From Macrostomum lignano (taxonomy: Eukaryota): a stretch of 64,000 bases of DNA. Where the stretch lies: NCBI GenBank assembly GCA_002269645.1, contig NIVC01000304.1, positions 75,612 through 139,611 of the forward strand, given 5' to 3'. How positions within the stretch are numbered: the first letter of the stretch is position 1; the number at the start of each line of letters is the position of its first letter. Both the position numbers and the translations under genes were made by a program. Positions 23,401 to 33,525 of the stretch are shown one piece after another. The notes under the pieces are model-generated. The model searched no databases. It was given only the letters and a program-made list of their open reading frames with translations, and was not told the DNA's origin.

Positions 23401-26400
23401 CCGTCACCACCACCGCATCGACCTGGTCCAGCACGTGGCTGCCCCGCCAGCGGTCATCGAAGGCGTCGCCAGTCTGAAAGAAGCCGCCGTGAAGGAACAC
23501 CAAGACGGGGAGGTCATTGACGCCCCGGTCCGAGTGCGCGGGTGTCCACAAGTTCAGGTAGAGGCAGTCCTCGGAGGTCGCGAGCGGCCCCGGCTGCGGA
23601 CATGCGGGCTTCGGGCTTATCGCTAGGAAGTCCTCGCCTGCAGGGTAAAAGGAAGTCGGTCGTGGATCAACGCTTAGTTGCTAGGGCAGGACTCAATGTG
23701 GGACTCAATGTGGGACTCAATGCGGGACTCAATGCGGGACTCAATACGGGACTCAATACGGGACTCAATACGGGACTCAGTACGGGACTCAATACGGGAC
23801 TCAATGCGGGACTCAATACGGGACTCAATGCGGGACTCAATGCGGGACTCAATACGGGACTCAATCCGGGACTCAATGCGGGACTCGAGGCTGGTAGCGG
23901 CAGCTCACCGAACGGATCCGCCGGCTCCGGAACAGCAAAGCGCTTCCCTCCGATGGGAGGCTTGGCGTAGGGCAGGCCGAGAAACTGCGTCATCACTTTG
24001 CCAGCGGGGGTGCGGATCGTCTGGCCGAACGTCCTGCCCAGCCCGAGAATATTCACGCTGTAGTTCCGCAGCACCGTGTTCGAGAACGGCTGCGCACCTC
24101 CTGGCGAGATTCGCGGTGGCTGAGGCGGCGGCGGAGGCTGCGGAGGAGGCGGCGAGGCGGACAGGTTGCTGGCCAGCGACATCTCGGCCGACCAGAGCGG
24201 ACAGCGGCCGGGCTCGAAGGCGAAGCCGCCGCTTGTCAAATTGACGCCGGTTTTGGCGCCGAAGCGCAGGAAATCAAAGGCGCCGGCGCTGCTGGAGGGC
24301 CAGCCGGGACTGGGAGCTGAAAGAAGCAATGAAAGCGGCTCTTGTAGCAGCAACTCTGAGCAGGAATTTGAAGCAGCAACTCTGAGCAGGCATTTGAAGC
24401 AGAAACTCTGAGCAGGCATTTGAAGCAGCAACTTTGAGCAGCAACTCTGAGCAGGAATTTGAAGCAGCAACTCTGAGCAGGCATTTGAAGCAGCAACTCT
24501 GAGCAGGTATTTGAAGCAGCAACTTTGAGCAGCAACTCTGAGCAGGCATTTGAAGCAGCAACTCTGAGCAGGCATTTGAAGCAGCAACTCTGAGCAGGCA
24601 TTTGAAGCAGCAACTTTGAGCAGCAACTCTGAGCAGGCATTTGAAGCAGCAACTCTGAGCAGCAACTCTGAGCAGGCATTTGAAGCAGCAACTCTGAGCA
24701 GGAATTTGAAGCAGCAACTTTGAGCAGCAACTCTGAGCAGGAATTTGAAGCAGCAACTCTGAGCAGGCATTTGAAGCAGCAACTCTGAGCAGGCATTTGA
24801 AGCAGAAACTCTGAGCAGGCATTTGAAGCAGCAACTTTGAGCAGCAACTCTGAGCAGGAATTTGAAGCAGCAACTCTGAGCAGGCATTTGAAGCAGCAAC
24901 TCTGAGCAGGAATTTGAAGCAGCAACTCTGAGCAGGCATTTGAAGCAGCAACTCTGAGCAGGCATTTGAAGCAGCAACTTTGAGCAGCAACTCTGAGCAG
25001 GCATTTGAAGCAGCAACTCTGAGCAGGCATTTGAAGCAGCAACTTTGAGCAGCAACTCTGAGCAGGCATTTGAAGCAGCAACTCTGAGCAGGCATTTGAA
25101 GCAGCAACTCTGAGCAGGCATTTGAAGCAGCAACTTTGAGCAGCAACTCTGAGCAGGCATTTGAAGCAGCAACTCTGAGCAGCAACTCTGAGCAGGCATT
25201 TGAAGCAGCAACTCTGAGCAGGAATTTGAAGCAGCAACTCTGAGCAGGCATTTGAAGCAGCAACTCTGAGCAGGAATTTGAAGCAGCAACTCTGAGCAGG
25301 CATTTGAAGCAGCAACTCTGAGCAGGCATTTGAAGCAGCAACTCTGAGCAGGCATTTGAAGCAGCAACTCTGAGCAGGCATTTGAAGCAGCAACTCTGAG
25401 CAGGCATTTGAAGCAGCAACTTTGAGCAGCAACTCTGAGCAGGAATTTGAAGCAGCAACTCTGAGCAGGAATTTGAAGCAGCAACTCTGAGCAGGAATTT
25501 GAAGCAGCAAATCTGAGCAGGCATTTGAAGCAGCAACTCTGAGCAGGCTTTTGAAGCAGCAACTCTGAGCAGACAGTTGAAGCAGCAACTCTGAGCAGGC
25601 ATTTGAAGCAGCAACTCTGAGCAGGCATTTCAATCACACAACTGCCTGAAGAACTCACCTCCACTAGCAGTAAAATCGACCAGGTGCTGCATCATGATTC
25701 TGGACAGGCTCCTGTGCTCAGCTGAGTAGTTCGCTCGCACCAGCGGCTCTCCCAGCAGCACCTTCGCATCATTCGCCACCGACAGTGCAGCTGCGGGATC
25801 GCCATCCTCATCGTGCAGGTAGACGAACACCCGGCCTGAGCCAATCAGGTCGTTGGCGGCCTCCCAAACCGGACAGACGGCGCCAAAGTCGGACAGCGCG
25901 CGGGCCAAAATGTGGCGGACGCGGCCGCCGTAGGCGAAGTGCGGCCAGTCGGACAGAGTCAGCCGGAGGTAGCGGCGCCCGCTGACCGAGGCGTTTCGGC
26001 CGGCCGAGTGGAGGCGGGGAAACTGGCCGAACTCGCGGTCCAGGATCTGCAAAGTGGCCAGGTGGGTCAGGTGGGTGACAGCTGCAAAGTGGCCAGGTGG
26101 GTCAGGTGAGTGACAGCTGCAAAGTGGCCAGGTGGGTCAGGTGAGTGACAGCTGCAAAGTGGCCAGGTAGGTCAGGTGAGTGGCAGCTGCAGTGGCCAGG
26201 TGGGTCAGGTGAGTGACAGCTGCAGTGGCCAGGTGGGTCAGGCAGCTGCATGGCTGGAACGGCACTGCATGAAGGGATCAGGGAGCTCAGCTCAGCCCCA
26301 GCTCAGAGCAGCGCGCCACTCACGGTCTCAAATGCCGTCTGGTCGAGCGCGCCCCAGTCGGCGCCCTGCACGCGAAGCGCCAGCTCCGCCAGCGCCGGGC

Positions 26401-27361
26401 CGACGCCAGTTCGGACGCCGACCATCAGGGAGCCGTTGAAGGCGCCAGAGCGCCAGAGCGCGTCCGGCAGCAAGGAGACGTTGAAGGACGGCGCGAACCG
26501 ACCAGCGCCGTCGCCGTAGTCCCGCCGGAGCAGCGACTCAGCATCCAGCAGGTCCTTCAGCGGCTTGCTCCGCAGGCAGTCGAGCGGCAGGCGGCCTTCA
26601 TCTCCGATGCCGCAGCTCAGGCTGGCAGCCAGCTGGCGGTCCAGGGCGGCGGCCACTTCGACGGAGGCCGACCAGCCTAGCGGCGCGGCGATGGAGCCGC
26701 TCATCATGACGACGCGCGAGAATCCGCCGCTTCCAACCGCGTGCAGGCCGACAGCGGCAGCGGCGGCGCCGTGGCCGGCCAGCGTCACTCGCGCCGGGTC
26801 GCCGCCGAATCGGTGCAGCTGGTCGCGCAGGAACTCCAGCGCCAGGCGCTGATCCTCAAGGCCGTTGTTCTGCCCTGCCGGCACGTTGCCAAGGACGCCG
26901 AATCGACTTCCGATGGTTGCCATGACGACACTTGTGCCGATAGCGTCGCCGACTTCGTGGCCGAGGCTGTCATTGAAGTCGGAGGAGCCGTCGAGCAGCA
27001 GCGCCAGGACGGGCAGCGGATCAGCGGGGGCAAGGTCGGGAGTTCGAATGCTGAGGCGGAGCAAGTTCTCCTCGGGGTTGGCGGCCTCCTCGCCGGTCAG
27101 CCGGCAGTCGGAGCGGCTGAAGTTGAACGGCTGCGGCTTGGCGAACCGCCTGTCGCCGATTGGCGGCTCGGCGTACGGCACCCGCAGGAAGCGGAGCAGG
27201 CGGCTGCCGAGACCGTCGGGCATCGTCAGATTGAACTCGGAGCCGACGATCGAGCAGCTTCCGATGGTCACATTGGCCTCTCCGACCGGCTGCGGCTGCC
27301 CTCGGGCCGCCGTCAGCGTCAGGGCGACGACGGCGAGTGCGGCAATGGCGGCTCGGTACAT
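17466..27361 (-). CDS. Type-I membrane protein with two tandem non-catalytic carboxyl/cholinesterase-like domains, Thr/Pro-rich stalk, TM helix and ~65-aa tail (8 exons, 1273 aa)
   Basis: Exons (minus): 27361-26324, 26046-25659, 24316-23909, 23637-23386, 22708-22418, 21412-21111, 19721-19427, 18313-17466. All introns are GT-AG, phases are compatible, and the total is 3822 nt = 1274 codons. Signal peptide MYRAAIAALAVVALTLTAARG. Domain 1: FLRVPYAEPPIGDRRF, NNGLEDQRLALEF, FGGDPARVTLAGHGAAA. Domain 2: FLGLPYAKPPIGGKRF, SEDCLYLNLWTP, FLHGGFF, NLGLRDQALALQWV, GVEAGA. TM: WAVALILVFSVVGAGLLIGSGFLLY. Confidence 0.88.
18317..19331. repeat. 43-bp minisatellite (~23 copies), intron 7
   Basis: Unit GTGAGTGGGAGCTAAGCGGTTGACGGGGCTTTGGAGCACTTCA, with G-run length variants. 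It abuts the acceptor at 18314-18315. Confidence 0.95.
19705..21100. repeat. Compound 34-bp (~17x) plus 49-bp (~17x) minisatellite filling intron 6
   Basis: 34-bp AGTGACTGGCCCAGGTGCTGTGGGAGGTGAGAGG to ~20280, then a 49-bp derivative with an added AGTGCGGGACTCAGC. Each unit contains the acceptor and the first 17-18 nt of exon 7. Confidence 0.97.
21402..22310. repeat. 67-bp minisatellite (~13 copies), intron 5
   Basis: CAGGTAG recurs at 21402 and 21469 and onward. Each unit contains the acceptor CTCCTCAG and the first 12 nt of exon 6. Confidence 0.95.
22770..23385. repeat. 53-bp minisatellite (~7x, 22770-23147) plus ~11-bp CT-rich array (23148-23385), intron 4
   Basis: GAGCACC recurs at 22770, 22823 and 22876; TCCTCACCCTC-type repeats follow. 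Confidence 0.9.
23689..23886. repeat. 12-bp minisatellite (~16 copies), intron 3
   Basis: GGGACTCAAT(G/A)(C/T) units. Confidence 0.95.
24345..25630. repeat. 26-bp minisatellite with 13-bp half-units, intron 2
   Basis: GCAGCAACTCTGAGCAGGCATTTGAA interspersed with GCAGCAACTTTGA. It is stop-free on the minus strand and produces three spurious long ORFs. Confidence 0.95.
26047..26250. repeat. 35-bp minisatellite (~6 copies), intron 1
   Basis: CTGCAAAGTGGCC at 26047, 26082, 26117 and 26152. Sense-strand units end in CTTTGCAG, the acceptor sequence. Confidence 0.92.
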
Positions 27362-29084
27362 CGATTGCGGCGTGGCCAAATAGCAACACCAACTCTGAGT
27401 CTCGATCGCTTGGAGCTGGTGGCAACGCCCGAACCAAAAAGGGCGAAGATTTGCCGAATTCATGGGCTTTAAGCATTTTTAGCTCGGCTTTTTTAGTCCT
27501 GCGACTGGCGGGCGGCCTCTCGCACAGCAAGAATTGATAAGATTGGATCCGTGTGCCTGGCGGGGCGGGCTCGGCTCGCATAAACAAGCTCAACCCTGAC
27601 ATGCTCAGGCGGAATAGCTTCCGAGTTTCTTAATCGTATTGGATAAAGCCAGTGCGCTCCAAACCAAGTGCTAAGAGAGAGAGGGAGAGAGAGAGAGCCA
27701 GAGCTAACACTGCGCAAGACCAGCTAGTGTCGCTTATCTGCTTAGTAACAGGTTTGCTTTGACTGCAAAACTCAGCATGCTAAGGACAGAACAGTTTCAG
27801 TTGGAATGCTGCAGAGGCTGCAGTAGATACTACTTCTATTCGAGATATATAAGTAGCGGTTTCCGCGATATTTGCAAGAGTGCAATGAGCATCCTTGAGG
27901 CGCATTACCAGAGGTGTACAGCAGCCCTGACTGTCTAATCGTCAGACATGTGCAGTTGTACAACTTTCTGTGCTTTGAGTGTTGACCTTCATATGTCGTC
28001 AGTTAATACAATTTAAAGGTAAATGAAACATTAATAATTTGTCAATTATAAATGACTAATTTTGTCAGTCGAGATAGCAGCAAAGCAACTGGTGCACACT
28101 TAAATAGGAGAAAAAATGGTATATATTTGAAATTTCGATTTCTTAATATAAAAATATTACTAAGGTTATAAGTTGCCATATAATCGGGACACGTGTAGAC
28201 AGACTTGATGATTAGAAGTTCGTATACAGCGAAGAGAATCATGCAGAGCAGTGCAACCAAACAGTGGGCTAGGGGGGTGCACAATAAGATTACTTATATA
28301 CTACTGTACAGAGACAGGACCAGTGAAACCTGTAAAAAATGGTTCTGTTAAAAATATGCTTTCAAACAAAAACTTGCTACACCTGTACACAAGATGATGA
28401 GTGAGATGCTGTACAAACGGGATTAAACAATAAAAAAATTATGCAAATGGAGCATATAATGATACATACAAAACCAGAGATTGCTGTTGCCTAGGATACG
28501 AAGTCAGAGGGGCTGGCTAATGCATAATACAGTTGAAGCCAATACATGTAGGCAAGGTTGTTACCAATCGATAACAAAAATAAATAATGATTTAATCCAA
28601 ATTTCAGTTCAAACAATATTGCTACATACAAAAACAGCAATTCGGCATTCCGGTTTGTTTCTAAGAAAATTTTTTTAATAATTAACTGACTATGCTACTG
28701 ATGAAATAAGTAATCAGATTTCGATATTTTATCAATTCTTCAACATGCCAAATTAACAATAAAAATAACAAGCAAAAAATTGCCACGAAACACCAGGCAA
28801 TTTAGCGCTACATATACTACTAGTACAGCTACTAGTAAGTAGCATGTATGCATATAGCTGCAGAGGAATTGGGATGAGGCGAGCAAATGTTCAATATAAA
28901 TGAAACACAGGCTGGCCAAATTTCAGAACTGACAGCCTGTGACAGAAACACAATAGCAGACTTCATCATACATTTAATAATTGCTCAATTGCCTGCAGCT
29001 GAGAGTTACTGGTATATTGCACGCAGCATTAACTTCTGACTGCAAATACTAATCCCAAATCATTTTTACCTTTTGTGAATCAAT

Positions 29085-30700
29085 CAATCAATCAATCAGT
29101 CAGTTATGAATCAATCAATCAGTCAGTTGTGAATCAATCAATCAGTCAGTTGTGAATCAATCAATCAGTCAGTTATGAATCAATCAATCAGTCAGTTATG
29201 AATCAGTCAATCAGTCAGTTGTGAATCAATCAATCAGTTGTGAATCAATCAATCAGTTGTGAATCAATCAATCAGTTGTGAATCAATCAATCAGTTGTGA
29301 ATCAATCAGTCAGTTGTGAATCAATCAATCAGTCAGTTGTGAATCAATCAATCAGTCAGTTATGAATCAATCAATCAGTCAGTTATGAATCAATCAATCA
29401 GTTGTGAATCAATCAATCAGTCAGTCAGTTGTGAATCAATCAATCAGTTGTGAATCAATCAATCAGTCAGTCAGTTGTGAATCAATCAATCAGTTGTGAA
29501 TCAATCAATCAGTCAGTCAGTTGTGAATCAATCAATCAGTTGTGAATCAATCAATCAGTCGTGAATCAATTAATCAGTTGTGAATCAATCAATCAATCAG
29601 TCAGTTGTGAATCAATCAATCAGTCAGTTGTGAATCAATCAATCAGTCAGTTGTGAATCAATCAGTCAGTCAGTTGTGAATCAATCAATCAGTTGTGAAT
29701 CAATCAATCAGTCAGTCAGTTGTGAATCAATCAATCAGTTGTGAATCAATCAATCAGTCGTGAATCAATTAATCAGTTGTGAATCAATCAATCAATCAGT
29801 CAGTTGTGAATCAATCAATCAGTCAGTTGTGAATCAATCAATCAGTCAGTTGTGAATCAATCAATCAGTCAGTTGTGAATCAATCAATCAGTCAGTTGTG
29901 AATCAATCAATCAGTTGTGAATCAATCAATCAATCAGTCAGTTGTGAATCAATCAATCAGTCAGTTGTGAATCAATCAATCAGTCAGTTGTGAATCAATC
30001 AATCAGTTGTGAATCAATCAATCAATCAGTCAGTTGTGAATCAATCAATCAGTTGTGAATCAATCAATCAGTCAGTCAGTTGTGAATCAATCAATCAGTT
30101 GTGAATCAATCAATCAGTCGTGAATCAATTAATCAGTTGTGAATCAATCAATCAATCAGTCAGTTGTGAATCAATCAATCAGTCAGTTGTGAATCAATCA
30201 ATCAGTCAGTTGTGAATCAATCAATCAGTCAGTTGTGAATCAATCAATCAGTTGTGAATCAATCAATCAATCAGTCAGTTGTGAATCAATCAATCAGTCA
30301 GTTGTGAATCAATCAATCAGTCAGTTGTGAATCAATCAATCAGTTGTGAATCAATCAATCAATCAGTCAGTTGTGAATCAATCAATCAATCAGTCAGTTG
30401 TGAATCAATCAATCAATCAGTCAGTTGTGAATCAATCAATCAATCAGTTGTGAATCAATCAATCAGTTGTGAATCAATCAATCAGTCAGTTGTGAATCAA
30501 TCAATCAGTTGTGAATCAATCAATCAGTTGTGAATCAATCAATCAGTTGTGAATCAATCAATCAATCAATCAGTTGTGAATCAATCAATCAATCAGTCAG
30601 TTGTGAATCAATCAATCAATCAGTCAGTTGTGAATCAATCAATCAATAAGTTGTGAATCTATCAATCAATTAATCAGCCGTCAATCAATCAACCAATCAA
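29085..30700. repeat. ~1.6-kb (AATC)n-derived minisatellite with 19/23/27-bp units
   Basis: GAATCAATCAATCAGTCAGTTGT with a variable number of tetranucleotides; decays into pure AATC at the right end. Confidence 0.95.
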
Positions 30701-30849
30701 TAATTAACTTGACCCAAAATGTGCTAAACTAACGCATTATACACAACAAGAATACGCAAAACGCATCACGCATACACAGAATCGCAGTGCTGTACAAGCT
30801 GAACTCTACAAAAACAAGGTTAAATTAAAAAACGAACAAAGCAGACAAC

Positions 30850-31210
30850 TTAAGCGGCCGCCTCCTCAGGCCAGGTAACCTTCAAATTGTCCGTGTCATC
30901 GTTCAGCGTGTAGAATGCCTGCTGCTGCTGGTGCTGCTGGATCAGCTGCTGCTGCTGGCTAAATGGCTGAGCAACTGAGGCCGACACCGACGCGGCGGCT
31001 GACAAAGCGGCAGCAACGGCAGCAGCGGAGCTGACTGGCGATACGAGCTGGCTAACTGGTTGAGGCGACTGACGCTGCCAGCCGCCTGAGGCGTGGTGCT
31101 TGCAATAGGAGTGATCGGAGTAGCTCAGGCCGTACCTGGCAGTTAATTAATATAGTCAAAGATGCAATACGTATGCAATGATAGAACAACATATACTTTA
31201 CACTTTAAAC

Positions 31211-31275
<65 letters not shown>

Positions 31276-33525
31276 TAATAGATTGCACCTGTCCTAATGG
31301 CCAGCTGTGCAACCGACAGCTCAGCCGCAGCTATTGCAAGGCGCATCTGAAGGCTGCGTACGGCTGTTCAGTCCAAGGACTGGGGGGTCACCACACAGCC
31401 TCAATTACCCCAGCTAATGCTGGCACCCATTTTACAGCTGGGTGAACTGAAGCAATGCAGAGTTAAGTGTCTTGCTCAAGGACACAAATTGTTCCGAATG
31501 GGTCAGGAATCGAACCCCCGACCTTTGAGTCGTGAGTCCGGCGCTCTAACCGCTAGCCAAAAACCATTCGTAATTTTATGAGTAGAAAATTATTGTTAAT
31601 TTAAAACGCACTCTTGCTGATTATAATCTTACACTGATCATACAAAGTCATTTCAAGTCTTACGCTGACACAGCTGAATAAAAAGGTTAATTTAATACTC
31701 TTTTCAGCTACTGACAAACATGCGCATTAACTACTGAACACTAGCTGAAATCACCGCTTCTTGGAAAGCTTCCCATAAGACTCAATGGTTTGACTGGGTG
31801 TATAATATAAGATCTATGGCCTATGGATAGAAAATGACACCCAAAAATGACTTCGGGGACGAAAAGATGTTCGCTTGCACCGCTGAAAACTAATCCTCAG
31901 TGGTCTACGAGTATGGACAAAGATCTATGGGTTCGAGCCTTGAGCTAAGACGGCTATTGACAACAGAATTTTGAATTAGTAATGACTCACGGCGTGCAAA
32001 ACTGCGGTCGCGAAGCCGGCTGGACAACTAAAAGACCGTCGTCAACAGGCAGACGCTGGTGCTGCTGATGATGCCGCCGTTTGCGCCCCAAGTCGGCAAT
32101 TGGGGCGGCTACAGCGGCGGCAGGTCTTTGCTGCTGCTGTTGCTGCAACAGAGCTGCCGGCGCAGGCGACAGTCGCTGCTGCTTCTGATGGCCGCCGCTA
32201 TAATCGTCGCGCCGACGCGGCCTGGCCCCGGCGGATAAGTAGAGAAAATATTCGTTGCTAAGCGACGCCTTGGAGGGCCGGCCTCGGCCGCGCTTCTGTA
32301 TGGGAAAGGGCAGAGAGCCGAGTCGGCCGCCGAGTTTGGCCATTGTGCGGCACTGCCGGGCCAAGCAGTCCACGCTGTCCAGCTTGAAGCTCGGGTAGCG
32401 CTTCTTGGCCTGGCAGACCTCGCAGCGGCCGCAGTCCGCCTTCAGCCGACAGGCCTCGCAGTAGCCGCACCGTTTCGGGAATCGGAAAACGCTGGTAGAC
32501 GCGAAGTCGTCTTCGTCCAGCAGCGAGTTCTGGTCCTGCTCAACGTCCGACTCCATCTGCGGCGGCCGGAAACCGGACGTCTCTAGCTCGTCGTCGGTGG
32601 CCGACTCGTCCTCGGCCGGCAGGAGCATCTCCTCTTCAACGGCGATATCGTCGGCGTCAACAACAACAGCTTCGGCTTCGTCTTCGTCAACATCGACGTC
32701 GCTAACGACAGCGCCGAGAGCGGCAGCGGCTGCGGCGGCGGCGGCGGCAGACGGGCTGGACAGCAGCGAGGGCGGATCGGGAACGACAACAATGCCGTTG
32801 TTGCCACCACCACCGCCGCTGCCTCCACCGTCGGGGACCAGCTCGGCTGACACGTCGTCGATTGAATCGTCCAAAGCTTCATCGACTATAGCTTCGTCGT
32901 TGGCATCGTTGCTAATTTGGCGAATCGGCGACTGCCGCGCACGTCGCCTGCCGCGCCGTCGTGCAGTGTCCGGCGACGAATCTGGCTGAGCAGGTTCTGC
33001 TCGGCGACTCTGCTGCCCGCCGCGCTGCCGGCGCTGCTGCCGCCCTGACGGCGACCCACCGCGTCCGTTCTGCAGCGTCGAAGCAGGCCCGTCTGCTTTA
33101 GAGCCGTCTTGCTGGTTCTTTACATTCCGAGCCTTTCTCCTGGTTGCAGACTCTGCTGGACTGCTGTTGCTGCTTTTAGAAGCCTCGCTGGCGTCACGCT
33201 TACGCGTGGCCGACTGTTTGCCCCTGCGCCTATGCTTGGCATCTGGCTTGCTGTTAGCGGTTGGCGATGCCGCCGGTTTGTATTGCACAGCTATGCGGCG
33301 ATTTCGCTTGCGACAGGCCTCGCAATAATAAGCAACGATGCGCTCCGCCAGGCTGGCCGTGACACTGACGCAGTCGCCGTGGAACCATTCCTCGCAGCTG
33401 TCGCAGGCGATCATGAACCTGGTGCTGTCGGTAGACCGGCACAGGCAGTACACTGGCTTAGGCGGTTTAGCCGGCCTCGAACTTGTCCGAGGGGCAGCAG
33501 AGGACATGTGAACGGCTTTCTGCAT
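30850..33525 (-). CDS. CXXC1: CFP1/CXXC1-like protein: N-terminal PHD finger, acidic region, degenerate CXXC zinc finger, AT-hook (2 exons, ~606 aa; may have an additional 5' exon)
   Basis: PVYCLCRSTDSTRFMIACDSCEEWFHGDCVSVT...YYCEAC is a CFP1-type PHD. CGYCEACRLKADCGRCEVC...DCLARQC has CXXC spacing. KRGRGRPSK is an AT-hook. Donor GTGAGT at 31990 and acceptor at 31136-31137 join in phase 2 to a 95-codon exon ending TAA 30850; total 1821 nt. The frame is also open from an acceptor-like site at 33606. The symbol denotes family resemblance; orthology is unproven. Confidence 0.72.
31211..31559 (-). mobile_element. tRNA-derived CORE-type SINE with (ATT)n tail, in the CXXC1-like intron
   Basis: A box TGGCTAGCGGTTAG, B box GGTTCGATTCC (31516-31506). 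TGTGTCCTTGAGCAAGACACTTAAC...CAGTTCACCCAGCTGTAAAATGGG resembles the MIR/CORE domain. About 20 trinucleotide units form the tail. Confidence 0.8.

Noticed and set aside
23667-25664. 665-aa Cys/Leu-rich ORF and the two overlapping 446/465-aa ORFs
   Set aside because: A stop-free intronic 26-bp repeat fused in frame to real exon 3 (24316-23909) and the 12-bp intron-3 repeat; not a protein.
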